NCBI GenBank assembly: GCA_009930305.1
Contig: RZYM01000008.1
Location: 10,817-74,816 of the forward strand
DNA: 64,000 bases
From: Bacteroidia bacterium
Lineage (GTDB): Bacteria > Bacteroidota > Bacteroidia > Bacteroidales > Paludibacteraceae
Direction of reading: 5' to 3'
Position numbers and translations under genes: made by a program. Below the pieces are notes generated by a model. The model had not been told where the DNA came from, made no database searches, and saw only the letters and a list, made by a program, of their open reading frames with translations. Shown piece by piece: positions 17,429 through 27,350 of this stretch (its first letter is position 1; each line of letters opens with the position of its first letter).

Positions 17429-19675
17429 GTGTCTAAAGAACAGAAGGAAAAGAAAGAAAATGAAATCATTGAGCAGGCTTATCAAAACCTGCTCAATGAT
17501 TATCTAGCATCGCCACATAGCAAAAAAGTTGATATTATTAACAAAGCCTACTCATTTTCTAAAAATGCTCATAAAGGCATTAGAAGGCTTTCCGGCGAAC
17601 CTTATATTTTACATCCTATCGCAGTCGCTAATATTGCATGTAAAGAAATTGGATTAGGTTCGACTTCAATATGTGCTGCTTTGCTACATGATGTTGTAGA
17701 AGATACCGATTATACGATTGACGATATAAGGGATATTTTCGGAGATAAAATAGCACAAATTGTAGATGGATTAACAAAAATATCGGGCGGTGTATTTGGC
17801 GAGCAAGCATCTGCACAAGCTGAAAACTTCAGAAAGTTGATTATCACTATGTCTGAGGACATTAGAGTGATATTAATAAAGATTGCCGATAGACTTCATA
17901 ATATGCGAACCTTAGATTCGCAACCTACTGCCAAGCAATATAAAATTGCCGGCGAGACTGAATACATATATGCTCCACTTGCTCACAGATTGGGCCTTTT
18001 TTCAATAAAATCAGAATTAGAGAATCTGAGTTTTAAATATAATTTTCCGCAAGATTATAATTTTATTGCGAATCGTTTAATTGCAGAAAGAGATGAACGT
18101 ATGGCTATGTACGATCGTTTTTCTCTTCCTATTATGAATAGATTGAATAGTTTCGGCTATCAATTCATAATGAAAGAAAGAATAAAGTCTGTATATTCGA
18201 TTTGGAATAAAATGCAAAATAAGCATCTTCCGTTTGAAGAAATATTTGATATTTTAGGTGCACGTATTGTATTCACACCCTCACCCGGTGCAGACGAGAA
18301 ACTTGAATGTTGGAAAATATATAACATCATAACACAAATTTATACTCCACACCCTGAACGTACAAGAGATTGGCTTAGCACGCCAAAAGCCAATGGATAT
18401 GAAGCTCTACATGTTACTGTAATGGGACCTGATGGATTTTGGATTGAGGTTCAAATCCGGAGCAAAAGGATGGATGAAATTGCAGAAAAAGGACTCGCTG
18501 CACATTGGAATTATAAAAAAGACTATACTTCCAGCGAATCTAAGATTGAAGAATGGCTTAATACGGTAAATGAATTACTTAAAAATCCGGACTCCGATGC
18601 CATGCATTTCTTAGACTCATTTAAATTAACTTTATATGATACTGAGATTTTCGTATTCACTCCAAAAGGTGAAATGAAAACCATTCCGGCCGGATCTACA
18701 GCTTTAGATTTTGCATTTGAAATACATTCTGATATTGGTATGCACTGTATTGGTGCAAAAGTCAACAATAAATTAGTCCCATTAAGCTATGTATTAAAAA
18801 GCGGTGATCAAGTTGAAATTTTAACAGCTAAGCATCAAACACCAAATGAATCATGGCTGGAGTACGTGAGTACTGCAAAAGCGAAAGAAAAGTTATTTGC
18901 CATATTAAAACAATCAGCTAGGACCATTAAGACTCAGGGAGATGAAATTCTTCGCAGTAAATTAGCATCATTAGGATATAACATAAAAAAAGATTATTCA
19001 ACTGAAATTATTAAACGACTTCTAGACTATTATAAACAAACTTCGTTAGACTCACTTTTAATGGTTGTTGGAAAGGGAGAACTTGATTTAGTAAATCTAT
19101 CCGATGCACTTAAAAACAAGAACAGACGTTTAACTATACGTTATTGGACACCAAGCTTCTTACGACCTAAAGCCAAAGACGAGAAGAAGCCGGAAGGAAT
19201 GGAAACGACAGTAAACTATTCAACTAATGAGAAACCTGAAGAACGTCAGACGTCTAACGGAGACCATATTATTGCATCATGTTGCAAGCCTATTCCGGGA
19301 GATGATATTATTGGCTTTATTAATGATAAAGGACAAATTGTTGTTCACAAACGCAATTGTAAAGAGGCCTTACGTCTAAAATCACAAAGAGGTTCTCAAA
19401 TTGTTACAGCAGAATGGACTGATAAAAAAGAACAATACTATACTGCACTTATTGAAATTCAAGGTATTGACAGAAAGAAAATGCTATCTGATATTGTAAA
19501 TGTTATTTCCATAAAGATGGAAGCTAATATCAAGAAACTTACAGTTTCTACTCTAGATGGTATATTTGATTCAAAAGTCAATATATATGTTAGTCATGTG
19601 GACTACATAAAACGCATTTGCTCAGAAATAAAAAAAATTGACGGAGTTGAAAGTGTTGCCCGCATAGAAGAATGA
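17429..19675 (+). CDS. relA: bifunctional (p)ppGpp synthetase/hydrolase, RelA/SpoT family
   Basis: 748 aa with a GTG start. HD hydrolase motif (HPIAVA..LLHDVVEDT), synthetase core (RIKSVYSIWNKM, YEALHVTV, EVQIRS), TGS and ACT-like C-terminal domains. Confidence 0.9.
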   Translation: MSKEQKEKKENEIIEQAYQNLLNDYLASPHSKKVDIINKAYSFSKNAHKGIRRLSGEPYILHPIAVANIACKEIGLGSTSICAALLHDVVEDTDYTIDDIRDIFGDKIAQIVDGLTKISGGVFGEQASAQAENFRKLIITMSEDIRVILIKIADRLHNMRTLDSQPTAKQYKIAGETEYIYAPLAHRLGLFSIKSELENLSFKYNFPQDYNFIANRLIAERDERMAMYDRFSLPIMNRLNSFGYQFIMKERIKSVYSIWNKMQNKHLPFEEIFDILGARIVFTPSPGADEKLECWKIYNIITQIYTPHPERTRDWLSTPKANGYEALHVTVMGPDGFWIEVQIRSKRMDEIAEKGLAAHWNYKKDYTSSESKIEEWLNTVNELLKNPDSDAMHFLDSFKLTLYDTEIFVFTPKGEMKTIPAGSTALDFAFEIHSDIGMHCIGAKVNNKLVPLSYVLKSGDQVEILTAKHQTPNESWLEYVSTAKAKEKLFAILKQSARTIKTQGDEILRSKLASLGYNIKKDYSTEIIKRLLDYYKQTSLDSLLMVVGKGELDLVNLSDALKNKNRRLTIRYWTPSFLRPKAKDEKKPEGMETTVNYSTNEKPEERQTSNGDHIIASCCKPIPGDDIIGFINDKGQIVVHKRNCKEALRLKSQRGSQIVTAEWTDKKEQYYTALIEIQGIDRKKMLSDIVNVISIKMEANIKKLTVSTLDGIFDSKVNIYVSHVDYIKRICSEIKKIDGVESVARIEE

Positions 19676-21771
19676 AAAAAAAAAATTACATATTTATTTT
19701 GATACTTATGATTGCAAGCAATTCAGCATTCTCACACAATAATCCATTTTTAAAACCATTTAGCAATATTTACCAAACGGTTCCGTTTAGTCAAATTGAG
19801 ATAAATGATTATACTGAAGGTTTTAATGCCGGTTTAGAGGAACAGAGCAAAAACATTCAAACAATTATTGACAATCAAGACAAACCTACATTTGAAAATA
19901 CTATTGTGGCTATTGAACATGCTGACGAAATACTTGGCAGAGTTGCAAATGTACTTTTTAACCTTACAGAAGCTGAAACCAATAATGAATTGGATGAATT
20001 GGCACAAAAATATTCTCCAAAATTAACAGAAGCCTCCAATAAAATATTTCAGAATGAAGATTTGTTTGCAAAAGTCAATTACATATATCAAAATAAAGCA
20101 AGCTTAAATCTTGATACTGAAGATTTTATGCTTTTGGAAGAGACCTATAAGGCATTTATAAAATCTGGCGCCAATTTATCGAAAGATGACAAAAAGAAAT
20201 TCTCTGATATAAGTAGCAATTTAAGCAAACTTACATTATCATTCGGTCAAAACGTTCTTAAAGAAACTAACGCCTACAGTATTACAATAACAGATAAAGC
20301 AAATCTTTTAGGATTACCCGATTATGCATTAGCAGCTGCAGAACAAAAATCTAAAGAAAAAGGATTAGAAGGTTGGACTTTTGATTTAAGTATGCCAAGC
20401 TACTCTTCTTTTATGCGATACGCAGAAAACCGAGAACTACGCGAAAACTTATATCGTGCATACAACTCTAAATCGAATAAAGATAATCAGAACGATAACA
20501 GAAACATAGTTAAACAGGTAGTTAACAATCGCTTAGAGATTGCCAAGTTGATGCATAAAACTAATTTTGCTGCATATAAGTTAGAAAATACAATGGCAGA
20601 GGACACAAATAGTGTATACAAACTTTTAAATGAGCTATTGTCTAATTACAAACCAACTGCCGAAAAGGAATTTAAAACTATATGCGATTTTGCAAAAACC
20701 TACACAGGTGATGCAGATTTTCAAATGCAATCATGGGATTGGTCATTCTTCTCAGAAAAATATAAGGAGCAAAACTACGACTTAAATGATGGGATGCTTA
20801 AACCATATTTTGAATTGGATCGTGTGAAACAAGGGCTGTTCTGGTTAGCCGGGGAATTATATGGTTTGCAGTTTAAATATAATCCATCAATTGATGTTTA
20901 TAATCCTGAAGTGCAAGCATACGAAGTTAGAGATAAAAAAGACGAATTAGTTGCCATATTATATACAGATTTTTTCCCGCGTGCAAGTAAACAAGGCGGA
21001 GCATGGATGACTGAATTTAGAGGCGAACGTGTATTAAACGGTAAAAGATTAATTCCACTTATTTCCATTGTCATGAATTTTACAAAGCCAATAGGTGATA
21101 CGCCATCTCTTTTGACTTTTGATGAACTCACTACATTCTTGCATGAGTTCGGTCATTCGTTACATGGAATGCTGGCAAATACAAAATATGCAAGTTTGAG
21201 TGGTACAAACGTATATAGAGACTTCGTTGAGCTACCATCTCAACTAATGGAGAATTTTGCGACAGAGCAGGCTTTCTTAGATAAAGTAGGCATACATTAC
21301 CAAACAGGCGAAAAAATTCCGGCTGAACTTGTAAAGAAAATTAAAGATACAGAGAATTACAATGTAGCATACTTCTGTGTTAGACAATTAAATTTTGGCT
21401 TTTTAGACATGGCATGGCATACTATAGAGGAAACTTTTGAAGGAAACGTAGAAGAATTTGAACATAATGCATGCAGTAAAACTACAATGTTTCCTACTAT
21501 TGAAGGCACTTGTATAAGTACTCAATTTAATCATATTTTCTCAGGTGGTTATGCTGCAGGATATTACAGCTACAAATGGGCTGAGGTATTAGATGCGGAT
21601 GCATACTATGTATTTAAGACACATGGAGGAATTGATAGAGCAACCGCAGAATCATTCAAGAATAACATTCTTAGTAAAGGCGGCACAGAACACCCTATGA
21701 CACTGTATAAACGATTCAGAGGCCAAGAACCTACAATTGACGCATTACTCAAAAGGAACGGAATAAAATAG
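19672..21771 (+). CDS. dcp: M3-family zinc metallopeptidase (peptidyl-dipeptidase Dcp-like), secreted
   Basis: 699 aa. Signal peptide and HEFGH zinc motif. ATGA overlap with the relA stop. Confidence 0.85.
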   Translation: MKKKNYIFILILMIASNSAFSHNNPFLKPFSNIYQTVPFSQIEINDYTEGFNAGLEEQSKNIQTIIDNQDKPTFENTIVAIEHADEILGRVANVLFNLTEAETNNELDELAQKYSPKLTEASNKIFQNEDLFAKVNYIYQNKASLNLDTEDFMLLEETYKAFIKSGANLSKDDKKKFSDISSNLSKLTLSFGQNVLKETNAYSITITDKANLLGLPDYALAAAEQKSKEKGLEGWTFDLSMPSYSSFMRYAENRELRENLYRAYNSKSNKDNQNDNRNIVKQVVNNRLEIAKLMHKTNFAAYKLENTMAEDTNSVYKLLNELLSNYKPTAEKEFKTICDFAKTYTGDADFQMQSWDWSFFSEKYKEQNYDLNDGMLKPYFELDRVKQGLFWLAGELYGLQFKYNPSIDVYNPEVQAYEVRDKKDELVAILYTDFFPRASKQGGAWMTEFRGERVLNGKRLIPLISIVMNFTKPIGDTPSLLTFDELTTFLHEFGHSLHGMLANTKYASLSGTNVYRDFVELPSQLMENFATEQAFLDKVGIHYQTGEKIPAELVKKIKDTENYNVAYFCVRQLNFGFLDMAWHTIEETFEGNVEEFEHNACSKTTMFPTIEGTCISTQFNHIFSGGYAAGYYSYKWAEVLDADAYYVFKTHGGIDRATAESFKNNILSKGGTEHPMTLYKRFRGQEPTIDALLKRNGIK

Positions 21772-21773
21772 AA

Positions 21774-22592
21774 TTATAAGACGTATTTCTCAATAACAAA
21801 TGCAACTGCATCCTCATCGTTTGTATAAGGGCATACGTAATTAGCTGCATCTTTAACAACTTGCTGAGCATTTTGCATAGCAACCCCCATTCCGGCATAT
21901 TTTATCATTGACAAATCATTAAAACCATCTCCGCAAGACAATAATTGACTTGGGCACATGTTTAGTTTATCTAAAAGTACTGCCAATGAGTATGCTTTAT
22001 CAACACCCTTGGGCATGAACTCTAAGAAATATGGTTCGGAACGAAATACACTTAAATTTGGGAAGCGTTTATACATATCCTTTTCTACTTTCTCTAGAAC
22101 CTCAGGTTCACCAACAACTAAACATTTTGGAGTTGGAAAATCAGTAGCAGATACCAAATCGTCAACTTGACAAACCGGCATTTTATTAATCGAGGATTCT
22201 TTTTGTACATACTTATTTGACGCATTATCAGAAATAAGGACATCATCAGCATAAGTAATCGCATTTAAACCATACTCAGCAACTTCTTTGCATATTTCAG
22301 ATAAATCGGAATGCGATAGCACTTGTTCGTACATACAATTATTGTTTTTACAATCCATAATTTTACCACCATTAAAAGATAACATATACCCACCCCACTT
22401 ATCTAAATGAATTCTTCTTGCAGTTGGCCATATCCCATAACAAGGTCGACCTGACACTAATGCTACTTTAATTCCTTTGCTTTGTGCCTCGTCAAGTACA
22501 TTAATATTACGTTCGGAAATAGTTTTATCTGTGCCGGCTAATGTTCCGTCAATATCTAATGCTATCAATTTATGGTTACTCATACACTCCAT
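21774..22592 (-). CDS. Cof-type HAD-IIB family hydrolase
   Basis: 272 aa. DIDGTL motif I and GDGFND motif IV. An alternative start at 22583 (MSNHK..) is possible. Confidence 0.85.
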   Translation of the reverse strand: MECMSNHKLIALDIDGTLAGTDKTISERNINVLDEAQSKGIKVALVSGRPCYGIWPTARRIHLDKWGGYMLSFNGGKIMDCKNNNCMYEQVLSHSDLSEICKEVAEYGLNAITYADDVLISDNASNKYVQKESSINKMPVCQVDDLVSATDFPTPKCLVVGEPEVLEKVEKDMYKRFPNLSVFRSEPYFLEFMPKGVDKAYSLAVLLDKLNMCPSQLLSCGDGFNDLSMIKYAGMGVAMQNAQQVVKDAANYVCPYTNDEDAVAFVIEKYVL

Positions 22593-22597
22593 TTAAA

Positions 22598-22642
22598 ATT
22601 AAAAAAAGAGTTGCTTAAATTTATTTGTAAGCAACTCTTTTT
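22598..22642 (-). terminator. intrinsic terminator after glgP
   Basis: 13-bp stem aaagagttgctta/taagcaactcttt (22605-22617 and 22628-22640) with a T-run on the minus strand. It begins 37 nt after the glgP stop. Confidence 0.7.
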
Positions 22643-22678
22643 ATCAGCGACTCAATTAAAGTCACTTATTTCTACTAA

Positions 22679-25243
22679 TTAGAACCAACGTACAAAACAG
22701 AAGTCTTGACGATGTGGTAGATCAGCATTTTTAGGGAACATACGGAAAGCACATTTGAATGTACCGCCATTATTTACTTTATCTTTCAAAGTAAAAGTAA
22801 GTTTTGCTCCTTCTATATTAGTTAGTTTCATTTCACGAACTTTAAACAACTTATCAACGCCATCAACTAAACTTGTTGAAATGAATTCTACACCTATGCT
22901 GTTTGCCAATTCAGGATCTTTTACATCAATTAACACCGAACTTGAATATTCGCAACCTGATTCAGCTCCTTGATGAAAATTTTCTGAAGTAAATACATCT
23001 AAAATTTCAATGGAATCCCATATAGATGAAACCTTTTCTTTCCAAGCTGCTATTTCTTTAGCTTTCTCAAAATTCTTTGCCTTTAACAACTTACTTCTCT
23101 TAGCTTCTTTATTATAGAAACGTTCAATATAGTCATCCAACATACGTTTTGTTGTATATACCGGAGCAATTTTTGCAAATGAATTTTTAATGTATTGTAC
23201 CCATTCCGGAGAATATCCTTTGCTATTCTTTGCAAAATATAGAGGGATAATCTCGTTTTCTAATATTGAATAGATTGTAGCAGCGTCTAACTGATCTTGG
23301 TGTGACTGATTTGTATAAGTACGCTTGTCTGTCAAAGCCCAACCAGCACCTTTACGATATCCTTCATACCACCATCCATCAAGAACTGAGAAATTCAAAA
23401 CACCATTCATTTCGGCTTTTTCACCTGATGTACCTGATGCCTCCAATGGACGTGTAGGAGTATTCAACCAAATATCTACACCTGAAATCAAACGTTTTGC
23501 CAAAGCCATATCATAATTTTCCAAGAAAATAACTTTACCTAAGAATTCAGGACGACGAGAAACTTCTATGATATTTTGGATCAATTTTTGACCACCCGCA
23601 TCAGCCGGGTGAGCTTTACCTGTAAATATAAATTGAACAGGATATTGAGGGTTGTTAACTATATTAGCTAAACGTTCAAGGTCTGTAAATAACAAGTGAG
23701 CACGTTTATATGTAGCAAAACGACGACCGAAACCTATTGTCAAAGCATCCGGATTTATTTTGCCTAAGATGTTAACAATACGAGAAGGATCACCTTGGTT
23801 TTTCAACCAACTTTGTGAGAATTTAGCTCTGATATAATCTACTAACTTAACCTTAAGGACCTTACGCGTTTCCCAGATTTCTTCATCAGGAACATTGTAA
23901 ATATTTTCCCAATGTTTCAAATTCGATTGATCTGACATAAAGTCAGGACCAAAATATTTTTGATGAAGTTTCTTCCATTCTGAAACCGACCATGTAGGAT
24001 AGTGAACACCATTAGTAACCCAACTTACATGCAATTCTTCAGGGAAATAACCATCCCAAATTTTCTTGAACATATTTTGAGAAACTTTTCCGTGTAACCA
24101 ACTCACACCATTAACCTCTTGACATGTATTGCAAGCAAATACTGTAACAGAGAATTTTTCAGTTAAGTCACCAGGGGTTTCACGTCCCATATTCATAAAG
24201 TCAGACCATTCCAAGCCTAATTGTGATGAGAAATCATACATATAACTTTGGAACATTGCTTCTTCAAATTTATCATGTCCTGCCGGAACCGGTGTATGAG
24301 TTGTAAACAATCCTGACACACGAACAATTTCCATTGCTTCGTTAAATGTCAAACCTTTATCTTTAATTAAATCGATTAAACGTTGTACATTTAAAAATGC
24401 TGCGTGTCCTTCATTACAATGATATACTTCTTTTTCTACGCCTAAGCATTTTAAAGCAGCAATACCACCTATTCCCAACATAATTTCTTGTTTCAAACGA
24501 TGCTCATTATCACCACCATATAATTGATATGTAATGGTACGATCAGCTTCGCTGTTTTTCTCTGTATCTGTGTCCAACAATATTAAACTAACACGACCTA
24601 CATTTACACGCCACAAATTAGCATATATTGTACGACCCGGATAAGGAACTTCTATAGTAACGACCTCTCCTTTCTCGTCAAACAACTGTTCAATAGGCAA
24701 TGTATCAAACATTTGTGGTTCGTATACTGCTATTTGTTCTCCATTCATTGATAATGTTTGTGTAAAATAGCCATAGCGATATAAGAAGCCGACGGCAATC
24801 ATATCAACACTACAATCACTTGCTTCTTTCAAATAATCACCAGCTAAAACACCTAAACCACCTGAATATATTTTTAGTATATCTGTCAAGCCATATTCCA
24901 TGCTAAAATATGCTACAGAAGGAATTGCTTTATTAGGTTTTGCTGACACATACGCACTGAAATTTGCATAAACTGTATCTATGCGTTTCATAAATTCAAC
25001 GTTTTTTGCCAACTCCACATATTCTTCACTTGTCAGCTTTTGCAAAAACAAAACCGGATTTCTACCAACTTCAATCCATAATTGAGGATTCATTTCGTTA
25101 AATAATTCTACGGCTTCATAATTCCAAACCCACCACAGGTTTTTAGAAAGCTCCATTAATTTTTGAAATTCCTTTGGGACGTGAAATTTAACGGTAATAG
25201 GTCTCCAGTTAGGATAATTAGCATTGCATACTTGTAATTTCAT
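22679..25243 (-). CDS. glgP: alpha-glucan (glycogen/maltodextrin) phosphorylase, GT35
   Basis: GT35 motifs (EASGTSGEKAEMNGVLNFSVLDGWW; TGKAHPAD). I place the start at ATG 25243 (MKLQVCNANYPNW..) rather than the track's 25336, because a TAacTTTG promoter element lies inside the 31-codon extension. Confidence 0.9.
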   Translation of the reverse strand: MKLQVCNANYPNWRPITVKFHVPKEFQKLMELSKNLWWVWNYEAVELFNEMNPQLWIEVGRNPVLFLQKLTSEEYVELAKNVEFMKRIDTVYANFSAYVSAKPNKAIPSVAYFSMEYGLTDILKIYSGGLGVLAGDYLKEASDCSVDMIAVGFLYRYGYFTQTLSMNGEQIAVYEPQMFDTLPIEQLFDEKGEVVTIEVPYPGRTIYANLWRVNVGRVSLILLDTDTEKNSEADRTITYQLYGGDNEHRLKQEIMLGIGGIAALKCLGVEKEVYHCNEGHAAFLNVQRLIDLIKDKGLTFNEAMEIVRVSGLFTTHTPVPAGHDKFEEAMFQSYMYDFSSQLGLEWSDFMNMGRETPGDLTEKFSVTVFACNTCQEVNGVSWLHGKVSQNMFKKIWDGYFPEELHVSWVTNGVHYPTWSVSEWKKLHQKYFGPDFMSDQSNLKHWENIYNVPDEEIWETRKVLKVKLVDYIRAKFSQSWLKNQGDPSRIVNILGKINPDALTIGFGRRFATYKRAHLLFTDLERLANIVNNPQYPVQFIFTGKAHPADAGGQKLIQNIIEVSRRPEFLGKVIFLENYDMALAKRLISGVDIWLNTPTRPLEASGTSGEKAEMNGVLNFSVLDGWWYEGYRKGAGWALTDKRTYTNQSHQDQLDAATIYSILENEIIPLYFAKNSKGYSPEWVQYIKNSFAKIAPVYTTKRMLDDYIERFYNKEAKRSKLLKAKNFEKAKEIAAWKEKVSSIWDSIEILDVFTSENFHQGAESGCEYSSSVLIDVKDPELANSIGVEFISTSLVDGVDKLFKVREMKLTNIEGAKLTFTLKDKVNNGGTFKCAFRMFPKNADLPHRQDFCFVRWF

Positions 25244-25306
25244 AATTCTATAATAAGAGTTAATAAATATCATTAAACCCGAGGAGTAAAATACCCGAAC
25301 GGAGCA

Positions 25307-25314
25307 CAAAGTTA
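25307..25314 (-). promoter_or_regulatory. -7 element TAacTTTG for glgP
   Basis: + strand caaagtta gives minus-strand TAACTTTG, 63 nt upstream of ATG 25243. Confidence 0.45.
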
Positions 25315-25464
25315 GTTTTTTTGTTTTATCTAACAAGAGTTTTTAAAAAAAAGCTAATGGTTTGTTGATATCTTTTTCCTGATTTTCAGCCAATTTAGTG
25401 TGCAATCGTTTGAACACGACACAAAAAAAAAGCGCCTTTTAAAAAAGACACTTTAATATATAAG

Positions 25465-25539
25465 GGTGAAAGATGGGACTCGAACCCACGACATTCGGAA
25501 CCACAATCCGACGCTCTAACCAACTGAGCTACAATCACC
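25465..25539 (-). tRNA. tRNA-His (anticodon GTG) with genome-encoded G-1
   Basis: Reverse complement reads G-GTGATTG-TA-GCTC-AGTTGGTTA-GAGC-G-TCGGA-TTGTGGT-TCCGA-ATGTC-GTGGG-TTCGAGT-CCCAT-CTTTCAC-C. This folds as a cloverleaf by hand. The extra 5' G opposite C73 is the His identity element. CCA is not encoded. Confidence 0.9.
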
Positions 25540-25565
25540 ATCTATGTCAAATTCCTTTGACGACG

Positions 25566-25573
25566 CAAAGGTA
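25566..25573 (-). promoter_or_regulatory. -7 element TAccTTTG for tRNA-His
   Basis: + strand caaaggta gives minus-strand TACCTTTG, 26 nt upstream of the tRNA 5' end. Confidence 0.45.
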
Positions 25574-25603
25574 ACACATTTTTTTATTTCACCAATAAAA
25601 AAA

Positions 25604-26632
25604 TCACAAAAACAATGATACAATGAAATAAACAGACATCGCCAGGACTGCACTAACAGGTATTGTCAATATCCATGCTGTAAGTAAATCAACAGTTACG
25701 CCCCATCTTACAGCCGACAATCTTTTAATAGAGCCTACACCTATAATACTTCCGCTTATTACATGAGTGGTACTAACGGGTACCTTTAAGATTTCTGTCA
25801 AAAATAAAGTTATCGCACCTGCAGTTTGTGCACAGAAGCCTTCAACCGGTGTTATTTTTGTTATTTTATTACCCATTGTCTTCATAATACGCCATCCACC
25901 GGACATTGTTCCAGCAGCTATTGCGGTAAAACATGCAATAGGTACCCAATCATGAATATCATGTATATCAGATAACTGCAACCAATGAGGTACATCTGTA
26001 TGAGTTGACGAAAAACTAATTAATGCTGCCGCAATTATTCCCATTACTTTCTGTGAATCATTTAGGCCATGTCCTATACTTAATAAGGCAGATGATAATA
26101 ATTGAGCACGTTTAAACCATTTATCTGCTTTATGAGGTTTTGATTTACGCACAACATGCAATGTTAATGCCATCATTATATTACCTGCCAACATTCCTAT
26201 AAGAGGGGCAACAAATATAAAAACAGCAATTAATATTATGATTCCTGAATGAATAGATTGAAATCCTGTTGCTGCTATAGCTGCACCGGCGAAACCGCCT
26301 ATTAGTGTATGAGAAGAAGATGATGGTATTCCTAAACGCCAAGTGACCAAATTCCAAATTATTGCAGCCACAATACCCGATAAAATAATCGGCATTGTAA
26401 TAAATTCAGGTAGAACTGTTTTTGACACAGTATCTGCTATACCAAATTCGCCTATAATATATTTTGCAATAAAGAAGGCTACAAAATTAAAGAACGCAGC
26501 CCACAAAACGGCTTGAAAAGGTGTTAAAACACGTGTAGAAACTATTGTAGCTATTGAATTAGCCGCATCATGGAATCCGTTAATAAAATCAAATACGATT
26601 GCTAAAACGATTATTACGACTAAAATAACCAT
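25604..26632 (-). CDS. inorganic phosphate transporter, PiT family
   Basis: 342 aa polytopic membrane protein. PHO4/PiT signatures GFHDAANSIAT and GHGLNDSQK. Confidence 0.9.
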   Translation of the reverse strand: MVILVVIIVLAIVFDFINGFHDAANSIATIVSTRVLTPFQAVLWAAFFNFVAFFIAKYIIGEFGIADTVSKTVLPEFITMPIILSGIVAAIIWNLVTWRLGIPSSSSHTLIGGFAGAAIAATGFQSIHSGIIILIAVFIFVAPLIGMLAGNIMMALTLHVVRKSKPHKADKWFKRAQLLSSALLSIGHGLNDSQKVMGIIAAALISFSSTHTDVPHWLQLSDIHDIHDWVPIACFTAIAAGTMSGGWRIMKTMGNKITKITPVEGFCAQTAGAITLFLTEILKVPVSTTHVISGSIIGVGSIKRLSAVRWGVTVDLLTAWILTIPVSAVLAMSVYFIVSLFL

Positions 26633-26634
26633 GT

Positions 26635-27285
26635 TTATGCGTATTTAACGATAATTGTTTTAAGAATTTTTCCAACAATCTTCGATTTATCGGTTGTCTT
26701 TTCCAATTCTTGCATTATCTCTTTATTTTTAACTAACTCAATGCCGTCTGTCTCTTCTTTAAATAAATCGGTAACAAAACGCTCGTACATATCATCAGCT
26801 TGATGCTCTAAATCATGAAGTATGGCACATTGTTCCAAAGCTAATGTAGGTCTCTTTGAAATTGTTTTCAATTCGCGCATTGCAATTTGAATTGCTAAGC
26901 AACCTTGTCTTATATTTTCAGCTAATTCTTTTGTCAGTTCCGGAACAAAATGAGGTTGAAATAATACTACTCGTTTTGCAGATGAGGTTATATAGTCAAT
27001 TACATCATCTAAAGTTTCACATAAATCGTGAATATCTTCTCTATCAAACGGAGTAATAAACGTATCATTAAGTTCATTAAAGATATTGTCGATTAATGCA
27101 TCTCCAACAATCTCACATTGTTTAATTTTTAGATAAATTTCTTTAGCTTTGTCCTTATCAGGCTCATTCATAAACTGCACCAAATATTCTGATGCTTCAG
27201 CGCACTTGTCGCCAACCTCGATAATAAGCAAGAAAAACTTATTTTCTTTTGGTATTATAAAAGAAAAAAATGAATTTAATTCCAT
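26635..27285 (-). CDS. DUF47-family (PhoU-like) phosphate-transport accessory protein
   Basis: Helical protein 2 nt upstream of PiT, a widely conserved pairing. I prefer the start at ATG 27285 (MELNSFFSFIIPKENKF..). The track's 18-aa extension looks non-coding. Confidence 0.8.
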   Translation of the reverse strand: MELNSFFSFIIPKENKFFLLIIEVGDKCAEASEYLVQFMNEPDKDKAKEIYLKIKQCEIVGDALIDNIFNELNDTFITPFDREDIHDLCETLDDVIDYITSSAKRVVLFQPHFVPELTKELAENIRQGCLAIQIAMRELKTISKRPTLALEQCAILHDLEHQADDMYERFVTDLFKEETDGIELVKNKEIMQELEKTTDKSKIVGKILKTIIVKYA

Positions 27286-27350
27286 GTTTAAGGTTAAAAA
27301 ATATGATGTAAAAGTAATTAAATAATAGTGTTTAGGCACTATTTTATAAA

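Noticed and set aside
19675-19685. A11 homopolymer directly after the dcp start codon (ATG AAA AAA AAA AAT), considered as a slipped-strand phase-variation switch
   Set aside because: Lys-rich signal-peptide N-termini encoded by AAA runs are commonplace in AT-rich Bacteroidota. The tract also overlaps the relA stop, and a housekeeping peptidase is an unlikely phase-variable gene. Only read-level length heterogeneity would change this view.
25337-25603. Integrative element at the tRNA-His 3' end
   Set aside because: No integrase, direct repeat of the tRNA 3' end or foreign-looking genes flank the tRNA. The neighbours are glgP and a PiT phosphate transporter.
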